Notes: generated from the sequence alone by a model not told the origin. Positions 49,001 to 60,779 are shown, counted from the stretch's first letter. The stretch: DNA of 64,000 bases from Oopsacas minuta (GCA_024704765.1 JAKMXF010000321.1:248001-312000); one strand, 5' to 3'. Numbers and translations: made by a program.

Positions 49001-51064
49001 GCCAATTTTTGTTCTTACCTCAATTCACACTTCCATTCTCCAATGCTTGAAATAGAAATTATTTTCACAAAATGGTGATTATACTACCTGTGGTATAATT
49101 ATATGGCGTCCTATTGTATTTACTGATTACTAACAGTTATCCTTCTGTAATATATCTCAAGATTATGTTATCCCTCAATCCGACAAATTTCCAGAATTCC
49201 CAGAATGGTGTGCATTAACCATCTGTGATGTAATTCTAATTTAATACTTATTGAATTTTAACGCAATCGTCACTGAAACATTCTTTGGCTAATTGCATCA
49301 TTATTTACTGAAAGCAATTACCTCATCATGACGTACGAACTACAGTGTATGCAGTATACGCTATACGCGTGCTGATATGCATAAATACCCCGATTACTTA
49401 ATGTTCAACACGAAACACTTTTCATATTTAGTCGAAAATATTTATCAAAAATGTCCACAATTATTATGCAACACTTCTCTCCTAATAGACGGATTCTTGA
49501 CGATCTAGCGGGAAATTCAGCTCTGAATCCTGAAATAAAAAAGGAACCGATGCGTGATCAAATAGACTGCATCGATAATAATAGCGAAAATCAACCCCAA
49601 CAACCAATGTTGCCTCCAAATATGTCGCAAGAAATGACAATGCCCAATCAAGTCAATGTACTCTCATCAGCTGCCAAATACGTCTTCCAGAACCCAGGGG
49701 TAAGTAAACAATTTTATTCACATATTTTCACACTTATAGCATACATCCAATTATTAATATTTCCACCATAATATCCACAACTTAACTACCAATTGAACCA
49801 CAGTTATTTTCATATAAATACGAAAGAAGACATCATTACAAAGATATTACCCTGAATTCCTGTAGAATGTCCTTACGTTATGTGTAGGCTTCAATTCTTA
49901 ATTGACACTCGCTGATAATTGTAATTTTTCTTAGAATATAACTTTGTCACTAATATCTTATATTATCGCTCCTTTTATGGAGAATTGTGGCACCGATTTG
50001 GTTGATATAATTGTTTTACATTGTGTTACATTACGCTAGTGCATTACAGTGTAATCTCCGCTAAAAGCGCGTGTCAAAATGGGGAATTTCTGGAAACGAA
50101 ATGTAAAAAATATAGAATTCTTAGTCATATACAAACGGTGAATTTACAGAAACTGGAGACGGTGTAACATATTTCGGCGTACCTTGCACTCCTTTTGTTT
50201 GCCCTTTTGTGTCGATTTGATTGTTTGTTTGTTTATGAGATCCAATTTATATATTCACATTTTCTAGCAAGTGCAATTATTAACAACTTCAGCAGGGCAT
50301 GAACAAACAAGTATAAATCCGATGAGTTTATCAAACCAAACATCAGCTATAAGGCCCCCGTACCAGTCCATACACCCTGGTATGTTGTCACCCGCTTTGT
50401 TTATGACACCTCAGGCAATAACAACACAACAGCAGATGGCTGACGAAGCTGCTAAGAAGAGGGAAATAAGACTTCAGAAAAATAGGTAATTATATAGCTA
50501 TCAATTACGCGAAAATATGAATATTTACTGTCCAGACGCGTTTTCTATTATTTGGGCGGGCAAATGTTAGAAATTAGGCGCGGAAAAGCGGGAATTTATT
50601 GTTCAAGTCCGTTTTCTATTTAGGCGGGGAATGTTAGAAATTAGTTTTGAGCGCGCTATAGCTATATTTTTGAAAATCATTGTAACTGTAGTATATTAGA
50701 TATCTTTAGTATCATAAGGCAATTTATCAATTTTATACACTAAGGAATTACTAACTAATATTATGTAGGAAATAGCCATGGGACAACTTAAAATCAACTA
50801 TTAATAATTACAATTTTGTTCATATTTATAATTGAATTGCTTATCAACAGGCTTGCTGCAAAGGAATGCAGACGGAAGAAGAAGGAATATGTGAAATGTT
50901 TGGAGAGCAGAGTACAAGTTTTAGAGAATCAAAACAAAGCACTCATCGATGAACTTCGCTCTTTGAAAGACCTTTATCTCCCGAAAAATACAGATGTCAA
51001 TGCCCCTAACAGACCCTCAAACTCTGATACCGGTTTGAAAGATGCTAGCGACCCACACCAGTGA
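43027..51064 (+). CDS. CREB: cAMP-response element-binding protein (CREB/CREM/ATF1 family), 5 exons, ~326 aa
   Basis: Exons 43027-43230, 43552-43685, 49489-49699, 50268-50485, 50851-51064 join in frame. KID RREAMYRRPSF|KRILDDL, Q-rich regions and bZIP EAAKKREIRLQKNR|LAAKECRRKKKEYVKCLESRV. An extra upstream exon is possible (acceptor at 42992). Confidence 0.93.
44365..44372. promoter_or_regulatory. Full CRE palindrome TGACGTCA within CREB intron 2
   Basis: Exact consensus, with a TGACG half-site about 30 bp upstream. Function is inference. Confidence 0.35.
44521..44604 (+). mobile_element. TA-flanked MITE family C, best-preserved copy (84 bp; Tc1/mariner-pogo type ends)
   Basis: TA|CAGTCAACTCCCATTATATC ... 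GATATTACGGGAGTTGACTG|TA; TIRs match 18/20. Confidence 0.9.
45272..45420 (-). mobile_element. MITE family C copy in CREB intron 2
   Basis: TA|CAGTCATTTCCCGTTATATCG...CCGGGAGTAGACTA|TA; internal sequence in reverse orientation. A further partial copy lies at about 45945-46042. Confidence 0.75.
48601..48630. repeat. (AAAC)n microsatellite
   Basis: About 7 perfect units. Similar tracts at about 2273-2292, 26835-26870, 35655-35682 and 56632-56650. Confidence 0.9.
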
Positions 51065-53260
51065 AAAAGTGTTATAACAAATATGCAATTCAATTTTTTA
51101 ACAACCTTGAAATGACTTTTTCCACCACTCCATCGAGTTTTTACTCAATTGAACCAGAGTTTAATTCATGATTTATTTTTGATTGTTCCACTGACTTCAA
51201 AATCCTAGAATTATATTCAGATTATAATTGTCGGTGTAATTAGTGTATTTGGTTATGTGTATTTACTTGGGAATGTAATGCTTTTTATTCACTTCATACT
51301 ATCGCTATTTTCACACATTATAATTCTATTACAAATAAAGTTAGTGAATTTTTACTGTTTGACAGTCAAGGCAGTGTTTATGACGCCACAGGGGAATGTG
51401 TGTTATAGAGAAATCTAGCTGGCTTTGTTTGTGTTTCACCTGATAATATCCAGATGCTTGGGGTGTTCTCCTAGTTCTCTACGACTAAATAAGAATTTAA
51501 GTTACACTCCCAGAGCAAGATCAATATTTGCATCAGTTTAACTGCCAATTAATTACAATAGGAAGATGAGGGACGAGCAATCCTGGTTACGCCCTTGCAT
51601 TCAGTAAACTATTTCCGGCGAGAACAGTTGTATATTTTCCGTTAGCATCGCATTTTTCACATTTTGTGAGTCTTCATGCGTTTTACACATAAAAATTACT
51701 TCTATTAATATGTACCGAATATATAGCACGGATATTTGTATAACCTCTACACATGACCCCACACAAGTACGCTTGTTAGTTAAGTTTGGTCAAAATTGTT
51801 ATTGGACATCAACTTGATAACAATGAGGTGGATATATCTGTGGCCAAAATGTGGCCAAGTTTGCATGTTTTGTCACACTGTTTGAGATACTCTGAGACAT
51901 AACACAATTAATGTATTACCTGCGGTTTTGCCAGTATATTACCTTTGCTAATCTTATAATTATCCCTGTTTTGACGTCTTAAAATGTGCTTAATTATCAT
52001 TTAATTGAATAATAATATATGAACTTGTTCTTTGATCAAGTTTACTTAGAGTTTAGTGCATAATACACAAAGCTCTCTCAAAATGTTTATGCTGTCGAGT
52101 CATGAGTGTATGTATCAGTCTACGTAAGCTAATATATCTATTGCACGAGGCATACGTGGGTTGTCTGTAAGGAAATGAGGTAATAGTATTCCAGGATAAT
52201 TCAATTAGGAATATTATTAACATGAAGTTTTATCTGTGCAGGTTCTGTTGGAAACTTATTCAGCTCCACCAGATGGACGTCATATGGAGCTGAAACAAGT
52301 ATCTCATCCACAGGGGCTTAAGGATTAATTACTGTCCCCATCCATCTGTCTCGTGCGCTTCGAAATCTCCGCGTTTATATTCTAAGATAATTTATGCCCA
52401 TACAAGGAAATATATTTGCTCGATTATTTAAATTATCGATGGGGTTGTTAAGTAGACTCGGAAAGAATGTAACCGTAACACGAACTTTAATCTTTATGCA
52501 AATTCAGAATACGTCGTCAGTAATGGATCATTATTTTTTTTGTGACCTCTATACATTTGTTTGATTATTCTTCAAATAGCCACGTGTAGCTGACGAGGAC
52601 AATTATATCATTGTAGATTGTTGGCTCATAGTTTGCGCTGTTTTTTTTAAATGAAAGGTTTGCTAATCTGCAATCTAGCTTGCTGTGCTAAGCTATCCTT
52701 TCTGCAAGCTTGCTGCATATTCACATATGTTTAAAACTGAAAATAGGAGGGCTAAATTCCATCTCACTAGTTCTTGACTCATATTGCTCTTGTAAATCTA
52801 GGATATACAGTGGCTAATGTATAAGGGATCTATCTTGAACTCCCATAGAACTTTTTCCTCCACAGTACATAGTATAACATACTTGTTGTTAATTTCAACA
52901 CCTTCCCTTTAATAACTAATATTTTTGTGGCCAAATGGAGGTTCTAAGTCAGTGAACTAATGCTCACCAGTTGTATGTAAGTAGATACGTATTTCATAAT
53001 ATGAGATTATCAGTAGTGATTATATTTTGTGATTGTAACAATAATGATTTTGGTTCACATTTGAATCAACATCACACAATGATGGAAGGAGACAATTTAC
53101 TTCTAAGTTTGCTTTCGGACAGGGGAAGGAATGTAGACATTGAATAAGTCGCTCTCGCCTCGGAGAACAATCTATGACATTTTCAACTTCTTATATACTA
53201 GGTAAGAAATGTACAAGTGCTATCTGAAGCTGAATAGTTAGAGTTAGAATTCTAATTTGA

Positions 53261-56200
53261 ATGTCAGAAGAACAAGAAGAGATCTCTCCAGAAGGAGGCT
53301 GGAGTGAAATCTCAATATTCGATGTCTTCATATTATTATCAATTACTGGATTAATTTGTGTGTTTATTTGGTATAAATATTTCCGTAAGGATCCCACCAA
53401 AATTCGGACACTTTCTCTGAGTATTCCAAAAGTTGGAAATGCTATTGTGTCTCGATCTTTCTACGATCGGGCACAATCCGGCGGTCATCGTGTTGTAGTG
53501 TTCTACGGTTCCCAGACAGGGACAGCGGAAGCTTTTGCTTCTCGGATCGCGAAGGAGTGCAAGGGTCTTGGGTTGGGGGCGTTTATATATGACCCAGAGG
53601 ATTGTGATGAATGGGACCAGCTAGCCCAATTCAGAGATATGAATAATTCTGTCGGTCAGGTTATGGCTGTGTTTTGTATGGCTACTTACGGTGTTGGGGA
53701 TCCTACAGATAATTCTATAGAATTTATTGATTGGCTGAAGAGTACTGATTTGAATTTGAGTGGGCTAAGTTTTGCTGTCTTTGGACTTGGGAATAAGACT
53801 TATGAATTCTATAATGAAATTGGTGAGTTTGAATACTGTGTTCCTCCCAGGCAGTCATTTTAGAAGAATTCCAGGAAATTATTTGCATTTTATCTTCCTC
53901 CATGAAATTCAAGAATTTGCCGAAAATCCCGAGAAATTATTATAAGGGATTTGTAGCTAGCATTCGACCGCGAAAATTGGAAATTAATACAATTCGACAC
54001 CAGAAACTCTAAATTTTATTTATTATTTAGGCTAATTCAGGACTTTAAACACACCTAAAATATACCATTTCGAGATTTTTCTAGTTACTAAATGTGTCAA
54101 TTTCTCTCCTACAGGTAGAATCGTAGACAAGAGATTGGACACTTTAGGCGCCACCAGATTGTGTCCTCGGGGAGAAGGTGATGCTGACGGAAATATAGAA
54201 GAGGACTTTCTAAAATGGAGAGACGTGTTCAAAGAATCTGTAATACAACTATTTGAAATAGATCCAGATTCTATTGGCCAATTCGTAGGCAGAGATTATG
54301 ACGTAGTATTCCATAGCAACGAGGAGCTAGATAAGGTATGCGTACTACATAATGTATTGGGACTACGGATAATTGTTCTTATTTAGTTACATGTGTATAC
54401 TGGTGAGCCTTATAGACCACATTCCTTTGAGAAACAGAACGCACCATTTGACGCTAAAAACCCAATTTTGGCAGAAGTTACTTGTGTGAGAGAACTTCAT
54501 ACGGGAGGTGACAGATCGTGTTTACATATGGAACTAAATATTTCAGGCGCCAAAATGAAGTATCAGGCGGGAGATCATATGGCGCTCTATGTACAGAATG
54601 AACCTCATCTGGTTGAAAAGCTAGCCAAACGACTGGGGGTTGACTTAGATCAAGTAAGTCTTGGGTCCTATTTTCATTGTAATACAATCTTGAATGGTTC
54701 ATTTATGGGGCTAGAGGATTTGTAAGATATATTCCTCTTAAAATTGAGAAGCGAGAATCTAAATCAAAGCTTCCCAACCTTTTGCACCCGTGTACCACCG
54801 ATACCAATTTTAATACATTTTGTGGACCCCTGCTGTCGTCAGTGGACCACTAAGAGATCCATCAACCCAAGGTTTGCAAATGCGGATCCCCTAGCCCAAT
54901 ATTTGTCAACGTTCCTGAATATGTATTGTAGCCCTATCTACAAAATGATACAACACGTTATCCCTTAAGGTAATCTCACTGAATGCAAAAGACGAATTAG
55001 CTACTAAGAAGCACCCATTCCCTTGTCCTTGTTCCTTTAGGACAGCTCTCACCCACTATATAGACCTAACATCTCTGCCTAAGACACATCTAATTAAGGA
55101 ATTATCTAATCATACGCTAGACCCCTCTGAGAAAGAGAATATTCTAGAACTTACGGAGAGTAGCGAGCAGGGGAGGAGGAAATACCAGGAGTTTGTTCTG
55201 GACACACAGCGATCTCTTCTATCGCTACTAGATGAGTTTCCTTCTGTACAACCTCCTGTAGATCTTTTGTTAGAAATGCTGCCTAGGTGAGTGACTAAAT
55301 ACAGAAATATATAATGTATAATCTGTATGAAACAGTTGCTCAAAGTGGCAGTCTGCTTTGATGTGTTTTAGAAATACGAACAACTCCAGTTATATCGAAG
55401 CTCTAGGGGGCCGCGATAACTCCTTCAATATACGCGGAGTAAGCTATAACCGATGTAATATATTTTACTTTTATAGTTTGAGACCACAATTCAGACTTCA
55501 GCATTTCGTGTTCCATATAACCGGGAGTTGACTATATTAAATGTACGCATGAAATATCAAGTACAGTCAGCTTTTGAAAGACCCGCTTATCGAAGTCTGT
55601 AATTGTACAGATATGGTCTCAAACCATCAAAGTAACTCAAATTTCATTATTTATTTCGAATTTATTTTCGCGGTCCCTTGAGCTTCTATATAACAGGGGT
55701 AATTCTTCTTATTTACATAAGAATCAGCTGTTTATTAATTATCTTCCTCTAGATTACAGTGTCGCTACTATTCAATATCATCATCTCCTAAACTACATCC
55801 TAACTCTATCCACATTACAGCAGTACTAACAGACTACACTACTCCTCTAGGACATTCTGTCACGGGAGTAGCTAGTGCTATGTTCAGGGACCTAGCATCT
55901 ACTCGAGGGATAACAGCTACACAGCCAGGATATAGGACTATTACTCACTTCCCTATATATGTTAGAAAATCTACTTTTAAACTCCCTCTAAGACCTATCG
56001 TACCTATTATTATGATTGGACCAGGGACAGGACTAGCCCCCTTCAGGGGGTTCCTGCAGGAGAGAGGGACAGTTTTGGGAACAGGGAGAGAGGTAGGACG
56101 GTCTCTTCTGTTCTTTGGGTGTAGGAAGAGAAACTGGGATTATATTTATGAGCAAGAATTGAATGAATTCAAAGAAAATGGAATATTGAGTAATTTACAG

Positions 56201-56631
56201 CTGGCATTCTCTAGAGAACAGGAAAAGAAGGTTTGTTTTAAAATAGATTTCCTTCGGTGTTTGTAAATGTCAGCAGTCCCCAACCTGAGGTCCATGGGTG
56301 AAAACGGTTGGGAAGCGAGTTACAAAACAAATAATTTCTGTAAGTACAAACACCAGAGTAACAAAGGAAATGCTATTATATTCCAATCCACCTTCTTTAG
56401 ATCTATGTACAGCACCTAATGAATAACATATCAGGAGATTTATTCAGATTACTGAAGGAAGAAGGAGCTTATATTTATGTCTGCGGAGATGCCAGGAATA
56501 TGGCCCGTGACGTGCACGCTAACTTGTTACTAATTTTAGAACAGGAGGGAGGGATGGGGAGTGAGGATGCTGCCTTGTTTGTTAAGAATCTGCAAAATAG
56601 GAACCGATATCAGTTAGATGTTTGGAGTTGA
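53261..56631 (+). CDS. POR: NADPH-cytochrome P450 reductase, 6 exons, ~691 aa
   Basis: Exons 53261-53822, 54115-54335, 54387-54653, 54970-55286, 55753-56230, 56401-56631 join in frame. N-terminal TM anchor, YGSQTGTAE, LGNKTYE, RYYSISSS, GPGTGLAPF and C-terminal DVWS. Confidence 0.95.
54765..54882. mobile_element. Degenerate hAT/Charlie-like MITE remnant (CA--G-T-CCCAACC ends)
   Basis: caaagcttcccaacct...aggtttgcaaatg. Related ends at 56271-56316 (cagcagtccccaacc...ggttgggaagcg) and about 10720-10737. Confidence 0.35.
55376..55700. mobile_element. Two adjacent MITE family C copies in POR intron 4 (~55376-55534 and ~55564-55700)
   Basis: caactccagttatatcgaag...atataaccgggagttgacta|ta, and ta|cagtcagc...gcggtcccttgagcttctatataacagggg. 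Confidence 0.7.
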
Positions 56632-56740
56632 TTTGTTTGTTTGTTTGTTTTATTTTATTTGTTTACGTTTTTAGAAAAGGGAACACATTTAGGAGAGTAT
56701 TTGGTTGATAAAATATTTTTATTAGTAAATTAGTTCCAAG

Positions 56741-59646
56741 ATGATGATGAGACCACAAATAATACTGCTGAAAGCAGGTACAGACACTTCACAGGGCAAA
56801 CCACAGATTATTAGTAATATCAACGCTTGTCAGGTTTGTTGTGTAAACAAATAGACAGACAGACAAATACACATTCAACAAACATTCTCTAGGTAATAGT
56901 AGACGCTGTAAAAACAACATTGGGTCCTCGTGGTATGGACAAACTAATAGTGGATCAAAGTGGTAAGACTATAATATCAAATGATGGTGCTACAATAGTG
57001 AGCAAACTTGAAGTGATTCATCCAGCAGCCAGGACACTAGTGGATATAGCTCAATCACAAGATACAGAGGTAGGAGATGGTACAACTACTGTAGTGTTGC
57101 TGACTGGTGAAATACTTAAACTTGTTAAGCCATATGTGGAAGAAGGAATGCATACTCATTTCATAGCTAATGGTATTAGGCTATCAGCTGATAAGGCTAT
57201 AGAGGCTATCAAGGAATTACAGGTAAATTATATATATAATTTTCACACCTTTGGATTAATAGTAAACTCCGCTTATACAGTTAAAGGACAAAAGTATTCG
57301 ACCACTTACCGTATTTATTACTCTGATGTGTATAAAATAATTATTAGTTATAAACCATAGAAAAGCGTTAACAAGATTCATTAATGGCGATTGACGGATA
57401 TGATGTATAATAATATCTTAGTTACAAGGGCGAATAAGAATATAACGTAATATTTGCAATTCTGAATTGGTCGATTACATTTGTCCTTTAACTGTTTATG
57501 AAGTTATACCGAAGTAATTATCCCGGTCCTCTTGAGTTTCGGTATAACGATAATTATTACATTTAGGTAACTTTAAAGAAAGAGAATCCTGAAGAATTCC
57601 GGTCTATGCTAGAGAAATGTGCTGCTACATCGCTATGCTCCAAACTGGTTGCTACGGAGAAGGAATTCTTCTCTAAAATGGTTGTAGATGCTGTCTCTAT
57701 TCTGGATCAGAACCTCCTCCCGCTTAAAATGATAGGAATTAAGAAGGTGACAGGTGGCAGTTTGAATGAGAGTCAGCTGATTGATGGTGTTGCTTTCAAG
57801 AAAACATTCTCATACGCTGGTTGGTTTGTTTTTGGCGGTAATCTGTACCCAAATTCCACAAAAATTATTTTACACTTTTTGGATATAAAATTTCAAAATT
57901 TTCCCGGAATTATTCAATGAATTAGGAATTGTCCACTGCTTAGTTGACGGAGACATTAAATCAGCTGTTTCTAAGGGGTAATTGACTCCAGGTTGTGAAC
58001 CTATGCGGTAAACTCTCGGTTATCCACAGACCGAGGACGTAACTCAGATAGGGAGTACAAATTTCAATCCTTGGTGATATATTAACAATTACTTCCTAAT
58101 TAGGGTTTGAAATGCAGCCCAAGAAATACACGTCCCCGTTAATAGCTCAGCTAAACATAGAACTAGAGTTGAAGGCAGAGAGAGAGAACGCAGAACTCCG
58201 TCTAGACAATGTAGAAGAATATCAAGCAGTAGTAGATGCAGAATGGAATATCCTATACAATAAATTGGATAGTATTGTTAAGAGCGGAGCTAAAGTTGTG
58301 ATGTCTAAACTACCTATTGGAGATGTCGCTACTCAATACTTCGCTGACAGGTAAGTATCCGAACATCGATCTGAACACACCCTAGGGGTGAGGTTATTGA
58401 AAGGTGTGAAATCTAGGCCTGTAGGCGTAGTTTGATTTACAGCACTTCCGTTATATCTAACACGTATATATAGAAGTAATTACTGCGCTCCCCTGAGCTC
58501 TAATATAACAACTGGAGTTGACTGTATTTATATAATATTTGCTTAGAGATATCTTTTGTGCTGGCCGTGTTACGGAAGAAGATATGAACAGAACCATAAA
58601 GGCTTGTGGAGGATCTCTACAGACTACTACTAGTAGTCTCAAGAGAGAAGTGTTAGGGAAATGTGAAAGATTCGAGGAAGTGCAGATTGGAGGAGAAAGG
58701 TATTAGAATATTATTAATCATTTCCTATTATAGGGCAACTCCAGGACAAGTTTGTTCCAGGAAGTGTGTCCTTATTATCTCAATATTTCCTGGATCCACG
58801 TGTGGGGACAGATCTCTTAAATGGACACATTTTGTCTCTTGTAGATTTAACATATTGTCCGGTTGTCCTAACTCTAAGACCTGTACCCTAATACTAAGAG
58901 GAGGAGCTGAACAGCTGATCGAAGAGACAGAGAGATCTCTTCATGATGCTATCATGATAGTCAGGAGAGCTATTAAGCATGAGGCTATAGTAGCAGGAGG
59001 TGGTGCTATCGAGATGGAGCTTAGTAAAGTGTTAAGAGATTTATCTCGAACTATTCTAGGTCTGTAATGTAGAATATAAATTGCTTTATTCTTATAGTAA
59101 TTTCCCGATTTTATTTGATAAACCCAGTGATTTTCGATCCATTCAATTTCCAAGTTTTTTAAGTGTATACCGGTTATAAGAACACCCTTGGGAGTATCAA
59201 TACATGTCCTTATAACCGGCATACATTGTATTCTACCAACTAATTTCCATGGATTTCTTATATTCTATGGTATACTATTAATAGGCAAACAACAATTCAT
59301 AATTGCTGCAGTAGCCAAGTCTCTAGAAGTAATACCCCGACAGCTCTGTGATAACGCAGGATTTGATGCTAACGAATTCCTAAACAGACTAAGACAGCAG
59401 CATTCGCTCGGACATAAATGGATCGGGGTAGATATCATGAATGAGGGTTTGACTGATAACTTTATTGCATTTGTTTGGGAACCCGCATTAGTTAAAGTTA
59501 ATGCTATTACAGCAGCCTGTGAGGCTGCCTGTCTGATTCTATCCGTAGACGAAACTATCAAAGCTCCTAAATCTGTACAAGATGGCGTACCAGCCGGGAT
59601 GCCAGGTGGTCCCCCCGTAGGGAGAGGGAGAGGGAGACCCATGTAG
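56741..59646 (+). CDS. CCT7: T-complex protein 1 subunit eta, 7 exons, ~550 aa
   Basis: Exons 56741-56833, 56893-57222, 57567-57819, 58104-58350, 58547-58699, 58845-59059, 59285-59646 join in frame. [43 protein letters not shown] and C-terminal GRGRGRPM. Confidence 0.97.
58440..58524 (+). mobile_element. MITE family C copy in CCT7 intron 4
   Basis: TA|CAGCACTTCCGTTATATCTAACACG ... CTGGAGTTGACTG|TA. Confidence 0.75.
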
Positions 59647-59966
59647 AATCTTCTAGAACACTTAGCAATATATTAGGTAGAGAGTATGTAGTTACTTATT
59701 GAGTTTATTAGTTCAATTCTGATCGTGAAATACAGTGTGTAACCTTCATAAACCAGTTGCCAGGGATGCCGATGCTATCCAGTTTCCCCGTTTATGTCTG
59801 TTCAATTTTATGCGACTATGAATTCGCCCTATTTATATTCCACCCCGTTTCTAGAGGCCCTTTTGTGTAGGTTACACAGCAAAGATTATTACGTAATGTT
59901 CTACTGGAATACATAATTATGAGAACAATCTAAAATGGGACAAATTAATACATTCACATTCAAAAT

Positions 59967-60779
59967 TTAACACCCTGCTTCTATTTGTGCCATGTCATCT
60001 CGACACCTTGTCCCAACTTGGCTACACCACGCAGTTGTCCTCAAATCCTCACCAGCTGACTTCCAATCCTTAGCTTTTATGTATTTAACAAACGTGGTAA
60101 ACCCAGCTATCTGAGAGCGTCCCAAATTAAATGTCATATCAATAAGCACGTTCTGTACGCATCCACACACTGTCCCGAATACATTCTCCTCGTCCTTCTC
60201 CGCTGTTGACAGATCACCGTCGAATAACTTCTCACATTGTGAATGGGAGAGACAACCTCCTTTAAGTAATTTATCATAATCACCTCCTACTTCCTTAATT
60301 TTGCTTCTAGCGTCACTCCGGTCTAAATTGAATCCCACGCATATAGTAGGATGTCCTGTCGTATCCACGTATTCACAGCTCTTATATCCTTCATGCTTTT
60401 CTATCAGTGCTCTAGCACTCGAACAACTTAGCGCTGTAAATACATTACAATAATAATACAGTAAACTCTTCGTTATATCGAAGCTCAAGGGACCGCAATA
60501 TATACTTCCGTATAACCGTTACTTTTCCGGCTAATTAGGGACCATATTTGTACAATTTCACACCTCGGATAATTCGATGTATCCTTATTCTCCGATATAA
60601 CTTGATTTGACTGTAATATACATTCATCGGCTACATCGAAGCAATTATCGCTGTTGAGCTTCGATATAGTTGGCTGTTATTGATATTAACTTACAATCCT
60701 TGTGGTAACTGATCAGCTGTTTAGCAGAAACAACAGCAAATAAGTAAATAACAATAAACGATATTTTCATCATCAGCAT
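59967..60779 (-). CDS. Secreted phage-T4-type (GH24) lysozyme, 2 exons, ~183 aa
   Basis: Exons 60779-60695 (signal peptide MLMMKISFIVIYLFAVVSA) and 60433-59967 (phase 1). HEG-x7-DTTGHPT reproduces the T4 lysozyme E11/D20/T26 spacing; C-lobe MTFNLG...DW..A..L...W..QV..R. Confidence 0.88.
60459..60613 (-). mobile_element. MITE family C copy in the lysozyme intron
   Basis: TA|CAGTAAACTCTTCGTTATATCGAAG ... CCGATATAACTTGATTTGACTG|TA. A second fragment lies at about 60631-60672. Confidence 0.8.

Noticed and set aside
50851-50870. CREB basic region NRLAAKEC instead of NREAAREC
   Set aside because: The base-contacting N, A, A, C and R residues are conserved, so specificity is probably unchanged.
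51380-53200. Minus-strand coding-like fragments between CREB and POR (e.g. VDEILVSAPYDVHLVELNKF, ENTPSIWILSGETQ)
   Set aside because: In-frame stops, no assembled gene model and no family recognised; open stretches of this length occur by chance. RNA-seq would settle it.
59265-59642. 125-aa ORF antisense to the CCT7 last exon
   Set aside because: Shadow ORF typical of conserved chaperonin coding sequence.
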